DNA from: Candidatus Marinacidobacterales bacterium
Lineage (GTDB): Bacteria; Acidobacteriota; Vicinamibacteria; Marinacidobacterales; DATDRI01
Assembly: GCA_965226495.1 (NCBI GenBank)
Contig: OZ245365.1
Location: forward strand, 4,288,001-4,352,000
DNA length: 64,000 nucleotides
Direction of reading: 5' to 3'
Shown here piece after piece: positions 57,484-64,000 of this stretch. How positions within the stretch are numbered: position 1 is the stretch's first letter; each line of letters opens with the position of its first letter. Below the pieces are notes generated by a model. It had not been told where the DNA came from, made no database searches, and saw only the letters and a program-made list of their open reading frames with translations. The translations under genes and the position numbers were made by a program.

Positions 57484-59537
57484 CGTTTTGTCCCGCGTTT
57501 TTGTATTACGAGATTTCCCACCGAATCTAATTCCACCCTGTACTCAGGCGGCACAACCGTGGTACAGGACAACTCATTGATAACCAGGGGCCCTTCCAGG
57601 GCTTCTCCCTCTTTCAGAGTCGATCGATCAAGAAAGCGCGTACTCAGCCGTTTCCCGGAAAAAACCACGAGCCTGGTTTTTTCTGCCGCGGCATCAGCCT
57701 CAGATATCAACGTCCTCGGCTGGCCGCCATCACTCGATGAATTCAGGCCACGCGCTTCAACTCTGATATTTGCCAACTCACCCTGTTCCTCCGGATTGGA
57801 ATGACCGTATTTTTGCATGTACAGGTCATCAAACAGTTTTTTGAATCCTGTCGCCTGTGATGCATGTAAAGGCGCGTCTGCAGGTATCGGTAGGCTTACA
57901 AAGTACTCCTGACTGATATAGCGTATATCCAAATACCTTAGAAAACGCATTCTCTCAGTGGGAACTCCTTCGCCTTGCATCAACTCCGTCAGTTCTGCCT
58001 CGATGCGGGAGAAGCCATCTTGCACTTCGTTCCAGTCCAGACTGTTCAAACGTGTACTGAATGATTTTGACAGGTCGTGACGTATATCTGCATTCAGCAT
58101 ACCCCACGCCGAAAACTCGCCTGCCACATTGGGAACAATCAACTTGTGAATTTCAAGTTCTTCGGCAATCAGCGCTGCATGCATTGGACCAGCACCGCCA
58201 AACGCTATCAACGAGAGTTCTCTCGGATCGATGCCCTTGCTGATGGTCATCGTGCGAATGGCATTCGCCATTTTCGAATTAATGACGTCAAGGATGCCCT
58301 CCGCCATCTTGTCGACCGTCAAGCTAAACTCTCTTCCCAATTCACTCACCACCGAATGGGAGGCCTCCGCATCCAGTTGCATGCGGCCACCCAGAAAGGC
58401 ATCCGGATCAATGCGACCGAGGACAACATTTGCGTCAGTTACGGTAGGTTCGGTCCCACCTCTTGAATAGCAGGCAGGTCCTGGTTGGGCGCCTGCACTC
58501 CGGGGGCCAACACGAAGTGCTCCACCCTCGCTCCATGCAATACTACCACCTCCTGCACCGATGGAATGGATGTCTACCATGGGCGCCAGAATTGGAAAAC
58601 CCTCAAAACTTGTCTCTGAGACAATTGATTCCTTGCCCTCTATGACCAGGCTCACGTCAAAACTCGTCCCTCCCATATCGATGCATATCAAATTGGGTTC
58701 TCCAAGCTGCTTGCTTAGTACACTCGATCCTACGCTTGCGCCTACCGGACCAGACATCAAGGTCAGCAGACCTCTCGATTCGCTCTCGTTCGAGTCCATC
58801 AGCCCGCCGTTTGACTGCATGATGAAGACTTTCTTGTCGAATCCCTTTTCTTCCAGCGCGCCAACCAGTTGCACCAGGTATTTTCTTAATATCGGTGATA
58901 CATAGGCATTGATGACAGTGGTACTTGTTCGTTCATATTCCCGCCACTCCCGGCAAACCTCGTAGGACGGCGTGACAAAAATATCCGGTGCGACACGGCG
59001 AAAAAAGTCTGCCGCTGCCTTTTCGTGAGCGGGATTAACATAGCTGTGGAGGAAGCAGATTGCGACGGATTCAATCCCGGCGTCACGTAATCGAGGCACG
59101 ATGGCCGTCAGATCATCTTCATTCAGTGGAGTAACGACATCGCCCTTTGCATTCAGTCGTTCCTCCACCTCGAACGTAAGCGCACGGGGCACAAGAGGTT
59201 CTGGATGGCAATAGTGCAGATCGTACATCCGGACGCGGTTACTTCTACGGATAACATAGACGTCACCAAAACCCTTGGTTGTGACAAGCGCGGTTCGTGC
59301 ACCTTTTCTTTCAAGAAATGCGTTGAGTGGGGCGGTAGTACCGTTGATAAGGAGTTCAATCCGGCTGTAATCGTCGATAATTTCGTCAAGCGCAATCATA
59401 ACACCGGCAGAATAGTCGTCAGACACAGACGGTGTCTTGGCGAGCAACATACTGTGTTGTTCATCATCGAATACCACCAGATCTGTGAACGTACCGCCTA
59501 TATCTATCCCGACTTTGAGGGAGCTTTGTTTTCTCAT
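57480..59537 (-). CDS. Hydantoinase A / 5-oxoprolinase-family ATP-binding subunit
   Basis: GIDIGGTFTD, EYERTSTT, SGPVG, DMGGTSFD, GAGGGS, FGGAGPMH. Confidence 0.94.
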   Translation of the reverse strand: MRKQSSLKVGIDIGGTFTDLVVFDDEQHSMLLAKTPSVSDDYSAGVMIALDEIIDDYSRIELLINGTTAPLNAFLERKGARTALVTTKGFGDVYVIRRSNRVRMYDLHYCHPEPLVPRALTFEVEERLNAKGDVVTPLNEDDLTAIVPRLRDAGIESVAICFLHSYVNPAHEKAAADFFRRVAPDIFVTPSYEVCREWREYERTSTTVINAYVSPILRKYLVQLVGALEEKGFDKKVFIMQSNGGLMDSNESESRGLLTLMSGPVGASVGSSVLSKQLGEPNLICIDMGGTSFDVSLVIEGKESIVSETSFEGFPILAPMVDIHSIGAGGGSIAWSEGGALRVGPRSAGAQPGPACYSRGGTEPTVTDANVVLGRIDPDAFLGGRMQLDAEASHSVVSELGREFSLTVDKMAEGILDVINSKMANAIRTMTISKGIDPRELSLIAFGGAGPMHAALIAEELEIHKLIVPNVAGEFSAWGMLNADIRHDLSKSFSTRLNSLDWNEVQDGFSRIEAELTELMQGEGVPTERMRFLRYLDIRYISQEYFVSLPIPADAPLHASQATGFKKLFDDLYMQKYGHSNPEEQGELANIRVEARGLNSSSDGGQPRTLISEADAAAEKTRLVVFSGKRLSTRFLDRSTLKEGEALEGPLVINELSCTTVVPPEYRVELDSVGNLVIQKRGTKR

Positions 59538-59646
59538 GGCTACAATATTCTCCTAGTTGTTCAGAATTACGTTGCCTGGTCCTTGGGTACAACCTACCGG
59601 CTCTCCAAGACCGAAGACACGCAAGCCATTTCGGCCGGCACTCGAG

Positions 59647-61248
59647 CTACCGTTTACGAAGGTACTGAAAACGCAGGATCTGATCATTGAAGTGGACGTA
59701 GCCGTCTACGTTCCGCCTGGTCGCCAGGAGGAAGTCGGGCTGTGTGATCCACACCCGCGGAGCTTCTTGGATAATCCTCTGTTGTATTTCGGCGAGAAGG
59801 TCTCGACGGCTCACCGGCTCCAGCTCCGTCCCCGCTCGCTCAATCATCTCATCCAGCACGGGGTTTGAGTAATCTCCGCTGTTCAAAAAAGCCTCACTGA
59901 TATAACCGAGGGTTAGTGGATAAGCAGGATCGGCGACAAACCACAGATTCTGATCCAAGAACAGCCGCAGAGAGCGGGAGGCGCGCTGCTCGGCGTAGAC
60001 GGCGGGAGTGAGTTTGACGATGGTCACCTCGATTCCAATCTCTTTGACCGCCGATTGGACTAAGACGGCAATGGCCTCGTGATCGGGCACACCGCTATCG
60101 AGCGCAAGATCCACCGCGAACCCCTCGGGATAGTCGGACGATGCCAACAAGGCCTTGGCTCTTTGGGGATCGCGTTTCCCAAACGGGTAGTCGCCGGGCT
60201 GGTGTCCGGGAAAACCAACCGGGACCGGTCCGGCGGTCGCTCGCGCCCAACCAAAATAGACATCCTTCATGATCGCCTCGTACGGCACCGCGTACGACAA
60301 CGCGTGCCGAACCTGAACGTCATCGAAGGGCGGCATCTGGCAGTTCATGACCAAACTGACAGTTTGTGTGCTCGGCAGTGAAAGCACTTTGACTCCGGGC
60401 ACACGCGCCATCGAGTCGTTCTCTTCCGCGGAGAGACGTTCCACTACATCCAAATAGCCCGACACCAGCAACATCATGCGATCAGCCGCGGAGGGAATGA
60501 TCTTCAAAACCACCTTGTCGATCGACGGTGCGCCTCTCCAATAGTTCTTGTTGGCCCGCAGAACGATTTCGACGCCTCGGGTCCAGCTCTCCACGAAGTA
60601 AGCACCCGCACCCGCGGTGTTCTGGCGGAGCCAAGTCTCGGCCCATTTCTCTTCGGGCTCGCTTTGGGACCGAACGAGCTCCGGATCTAAGGGTCCGGCG
60701 TTCGGCAAAGTGAGAAGGCGGGGCAACAACGGGCTCGGGCGATCCGTCGTGACCCGCACGGTGTCTTCAGTGATGACCTCCACCGCTTCCGGACCGGGGA
60801 CACGTCCCAAGCTTCGATAGAGGAAGGCGCCGGCCGACCCTTTGACCCCGAAATTTCGATCGAAAACCCGCTTGACCGCCTCGGCGTCAACGTCTTGACC
60901 GCTCGGAAACCGAACCTCCGGTCTCACTTTGAGATTCCAGGTAACGCCATCGGCGGCGACGGTCATCGACTCCAAGGCGGTACCTTCCAGGCGGTCAGGA
61001 ATCCAATGTCGCAGACCTTGTTCATTCATCTCCCATGAATGCATCATGAGCGTCTCGTACGTGTTGATGATGACACCCACCGATCGCGGCGTCGAAGCAA
61101 AGAGACTATCGAAGGTCGCCGCATCGTCCGGCACGCCGACGATGAGCGCGGCCGGGTCGTCGGCGGACATCTCGGGTCTTCCGCAGGCGGCACAGGCCGC
61201 GAGACTGAGGAGAAGGAAGAACCAAGTTGCTCGCCCTAAGCCATTCAT
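59647..61248 (-). CDS. ABC peptide/nickel-type solute-binding lipoprotein (family 5), copy A
   Basis: Lipobox ACAAC; AGAGAY..SWTRG, YWRG, PFDDVQVRHALSYA. Confidence 0.9.
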   Translation of the reverse strand: MNGLGRATWFFLLLSLAACAACGRPEMSADDPAALIVGVPDDAATFDSLFASTPRSVGVIINTYETLMMHSWEMNEQGLRHWIPDRLEGTALESMTVAADGVTWNLKVRPEVRFPSGQDVDAEAVKRVFDRNFGVKGSAGAFLYRSLGRVPGPEAVEVITEDTVRVTTDRPSPLLPRLLTLPNAGPLDPELVRSQSEPEEKWAETWLRQNTAGAGAYFVESWTRGVEIVLRANKNYWRGAPSIDKVVLKIIPSAADRMMLLVSGYLDVVERLSAEENDSMARVPGVKVLSLPSTQTVSLVMNCQMPPFDDVQVRHALSYAVPYEAIMKDVYFGWARATAGPVPVGFPGHQPGDYPFGKRDPQRAKALLASSDYPEGFAVDLALDSGVPDHEAIAVLVQSAVKEIGIEVTIVKLTPAVYAEQRASRSLRLFLDQNLWFVADPAYPLTLGYISEAFLNSGDYSNPVLDEMIERAGTELEPVSRRDLLAEIQQRIIQEAPRVWITQPDFLLATRRNVDGYVHFNDQILRFQYLRKR

Positions 61249-61326
61249 AAACCTAAGCTTACCCCAAGAAGGGTGGCGGTCGCGAACGTTGACTGCAGGG
61301 AGACGTTCGGTTACTTTTCACACATG
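61246..61326. promoter_or_regulatory. Bidirectional leaderless promoter module, copy A
   Basis: Similar to 63063-63143: TAAGCT 7 nt before the SBP ATG (minus strand); TTGACT-17-TACTTT, 6 nt, ATG (plus strand). Confidence 0.6.
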
Positions 61327-61336
61327 AAGAAGGCTA

Positions 61337-61463
61337 CGTCGCTATCTGCAGGCGGGTCTCGTGGGGAAGCGCCGCCGGGCACGGCTCACCAACCGCCGTG
61401 TACGGAGCCGTTCGCACGGTGGTGTGGGAGCTGGGGGCGGGTAACCGCCTCCGGCTAACCGGT
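61337..61463 (+). mobile_element. Group II (class C-type) intron 3' remnant: domains V and VI
   Basis: ACCGCCGTGTACGGAGCCGTTCGCACGGTGGT (61392-61423) fits short DV with CGC triad; DVI hairpin agctgggggcgggtaaccgcctccggct follows; RRYLQAGLV RT-like peptide just upstream. Confidence 0.8.
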
Positions 61464-61469
61464 TTCTGG

Positions 61470-63065
61470 CTACTGCTTACGAAGGTACTGGAAACGCACG
61501 ACCTGATCGTTGAAATGCACGTAACCATCGACATTCTTCTTAGTCGCGAGGAGGAAGTCGGGCTGGGTGATCCACACCTGCGCTGCGTCCTCGATGATCA
61601 TCCTCTGCGCTTCGCGGAGCAGTGTCCGTCGCCTCTCCGGTTCTAGCTCAACCACCGCACGATTGACCATCTCGTCCACCGCCGAGTTAGAGTAGCTTCC
61701 GTGATTGAGAAAGGCTCCGCTCACATATCCAAACCACAGCGGATAGATTGGGTCGTCCACCCACCATAGATTTTGATCCAAGAAAAAGCGTAGGGTGTGG
61801 GAGGCACGCTGTTCCGCATAGACCGCCGGGGTGAGCTTGACGATGGCGGCCTCGACGCCGACTTCTTTGAGCGCCGATTGGAGGAGTATCGCAATCGACT
61901 CGTGCTCCGGTACACCGCTATCGATCTCTAGGTCAACCACGAAGCCATCAGGATAACCGGCCGCAACCAGCAACGCCTTGGCTTTGTCTGGATCTCGCTG
62001 CCCGTATGGGTAGTCGCCGGGCTCGTGTACTGGAAAGCCGACCGGAACGGGTCCGGCCGTGGCCTGGGCCCGACCGAAATAGACATCCCTCATTACCGCC
62101 CGGTAGGGCATTGTATACGACATCGCCCTCCGAACCCGAACGTCATCGAACGGCGGCATCTGGCAGTGCATGACCAGACTGACGGCTTGCGTGCTCGGTA
62201 GTGAGAGCACGCTGACTCCAGGCACGCGCGCCAACGCATCATTCTCTTCTGCGGAGAGACGCTCCACCACATCCAAGTAGCCGGACACGAGTAACATCAT
62301 GCGATCCGCGGCGGACGGAATGATCTTCATAACCACCTTGTCGATCGCGGGCTCACCTCTCCAATAGTGCTTGTTAGCTCGGAGCACGATCTCGACACCG
62401 CGCGTCCAGCTCTCGACGAAGTAAGCTCCCGCACCCGCCGTGTTCTGGCGCAGCCACGTCTCCGCCCATCTCTCCCCCGGCTCGCTTTTCTCCTCCACCA
62501 GTCGCGGATCTAGAATCCCCCCATTCGATAGGATGAGAAGGCGGGGCAGCAACGGGTTGGGGCGGTCGGTGGTGATTCGAACGGTATCTTCGTCAATCAC
62601 TGCGACCGCGTCCGGTCCCGGGATGCGCCCTAGACTTCGATAGAGAAATGCGCCGCCCGAACCCTTGACTCCGAAATTTCGATCGAAGAGAGCTTTGACC
62701 GCTTCCGCGGTCAAAGCATCACCGCTTGGAAACCGAACGCCTTCTCGCACCTCGAGAGTCCAGGTGACCCCGTCGGCGGCGACGCTCATCGAGGCCAAAG
62801 CCGCCCCTTCGACTTTGTCAGGGACCCAATGTTGCAAACCTTGGTCGTTTTCCTTCCACGAATTCGTCATGAGGGTTTCGTACGTATTCATGATCACGCC
62901 GACCGATCGTGGCGTGTTAGCGAAGACGACGTCGAAGGTCGCCGCATCGTCCGGTACACCGACGATGAGCGTCGTCGGATCGTCGGCATCGGACACCTCC
63001 TGAGATCCGCAGGCGAGCAGAGTGAAAAGAAGAACGCCGAAAACCATCACCCGTAAGCCACTCAT
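61470..63065 (-). CDS. ABC solute-binding lipoprotein (family 5), copy B
   Basis: Lipobox LLAC; collinear paralogue of 59647-61248. Confidence 0.9.
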   Translation of the reverse strand: MSGLRVMVFGVLLFTLLACGSQEVSDADDPTTLIVGVPDDAATFDVVFANTPRSVGVIMNTYETLMTNSWKENDQGLQHWVPDKVEGAALASMSVAADGVTWTLEVREGVRFPSGDALTAEAVKALFDRNFGVKGSGGAFLYRSLGRIPGPDAVAVIDEDTVRITTDRPNPLLPRLLILSNGGILDPRLVEEKSEPGERWAETWLRQNTAGAGAYFVESWTRGVEIVLRANKHYWRGEPAIDKVVMKIIPSAADRMMLLVSGYLDVVERLSAEENDALARVPGVSVLSLPSTQAVSLVMHCQMPPFDDVRVRRAMSYTMPYRAVMRDVYFGRAQATAGPVPVGFPVHEPGDYPYGQRDPDKAKALLVAAGYPDGFVVDLEIDSGVPEHESIAILLQSALKEVGVEAAIVKLTPAVYAEQRASHTLRFFLDQNLWWVDDPIYPLWFGYVSGAFLNHGSYSNSAVDEMVNRAVVELEPERRRTLLREAQRMIIEDAAQVWITQPDFLLATKKNVDGYVHFNDQVVRFQYLRKQ

Positions 63066-63143
63066 AAACCGAAGCTTACCTCAAGACAGGTCGCACTGGC
63101 GAACGTTGACTGTAAGGAGAGGTTCGGTTACTCTCCAAACATG
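63063..63143. promoter_or_regulatory. Bidirectional leaderless promoter module, copy B
   Basis: TTGACT (63106), 17 bp, TACTCT (63129), 6 nt, ATG (63141); on the minus strand TAAGCT, 7 nt, ATG (63065). Confidence 0.65.
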
Positions 63144-64000
63144 AGCGAGCGCTACCGGGTCGGGGTCGACATCGGCGGGACCTTCACCGACTTCGTCCTG
63201 TTCGACAAAACGACCGGCTCCCTCCAACTCGAGAAGACCTACACCACGCCGCAGGATCTACGCCAAGGTGTCGAAAGTGGTCTTCGGAGTGCCGGCGTTC
63301 CCTTCTCTGACATCGCTGACCTGGCACACGGAACAACGGTGGGACTCAACACCCTCATTGAGCGCAAGGGAACGGCAACCGGACTCATCACGACTTCTGG
63401 ATTTCGAGACACCTATGAGATAGGACGCGGCGCCCGCGCCCAGCCTTACAATCTATTCTTCCGCAAGCCCGTTCCGCTCGTGCCTCGCGAGCACCGGCTG
63501 GAGGTCAAGGAGCGGATCGGTGCCGATGGAAAGGTCGTCACGGCATTGGATGAAGACGACGTGCGTAGGGTGGCAGAAATCTTTCGACAGGCCGGGATCA
63601 CTTCCATCGCCATCTGCTTCGTGAACTCCTACGCGAACTCCGCCCACGAAGAGCGGGCTGCCGAGATCCTCGCCGAGGTTTACCCCGAGGCACGTGTCTC
63701 GACGTCGCACAGCCTGGCGCGAGAATGGAGGGAGTACGAGAGAACGAGCACGACGTGTATCAACGCGTACATCATGGCGCGCACGGCTCGCTACATGGAA
63801 GACCTCTCGAAGACGTTGGCCGCCGGCGGCTACCGAAGCCCTCTTTTCATAAACCAGTCTTCGGGTGGCCTCGTCTCCGCAGGCACCGCGGTAGAAAAAC
63901 CAGTGATGACGTTGATGTCCGGCCCCGCAGGTGGCGTCGCCGCGTCGGCCTACGTCGGGGGGTTAGACGGGTTCGAAGACATCATCTCTTTCGACATGGG
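63141..64000 (+). CDS. Hydantoinase A / oxoprolinase-family subunit (3' truncated by window edge)
   Basis: Manual translation MSERYRVGVDIGGTFTDFV..., EWREYERTSTT, MSGPAGGV, SFDM. Not in the ORF track. Confidence 0.92.
   Translation, partial: MSERYRVGVDIGGTFTDFVLFDKTTGSLQLEKTYTTPQDLRQGVESGLRSAGVPFSDIADLAHGTTVGLNTLIERKGTATGLITTSGFRDTYEIGRGARAQPYNLFFRKPVPLVPREHRLEVKERIGADGKVVTALDEDDVRRVAEIFRQAGITSIAICFVNSYANSAHEERAAEILAEVYPEARVSTSHSLAREWREYERTSTTCINAYIMARTARYMEDLSKTLAAGGYRSPLFINQSSGGLVSAGTAVEKPVMTLMSGPAGGVAASAYVGGLDGFEDIISFDM

Overview
GC-rich bacterial chromosomal segment. The gene content points to Acidobacteriota, probably Vicinamibacteria-like (inference): kinase-TM-TolB_N-TPR paralogues, an Oar-type TonB-dependent receptor, GGGGGTGGGGCCCC palindromes and many leaderless genes. 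Core genes are phoH, a 7TM-HD hydrolase, ybeY, a hemolysin/CNNM gene, era, mgtE, recO, amtB-PII-glnA, aspS, a czcD-like transporter and a fadJ/fadB-like gene. Accessory blocks: (1) a ~7 kb insert between era and mgtE (orphan higA with a higB remnant, MBL hydrolase, arylsulfatase, DUF222-like HNH gene, vapBC); (2) an acetylene-hydratase-like Mo/W enzyme with sulfatase and MOSC genes; (3) a sigma54 activator module; (4) a signalling block of tandem Ser/Thr kinases, an FHA-cyclase and a G6PD-cNMP fragment; (5) a TBDR/amidohydrolase/hydantoinase/racemase/SBP catabolic region. Most striking observations: a 30-bp palindromic element inserted in frame, and nested in itself, inside a kinase gene; a sigma54/IHF/UAS-driven orphan transcript with alternative RNA pairings; a group IIC intron remnant behind a duplicated leaderless bidirectional promoter; and a non-canonical PII protein. 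Several frameshifts (including one in glnA) and one head-to-head junction of truncated genes may be assembly errors. No rRNA, tRNA or CRISPR array was recognised. All family assignments come from motif recognition by eye, not database searches.
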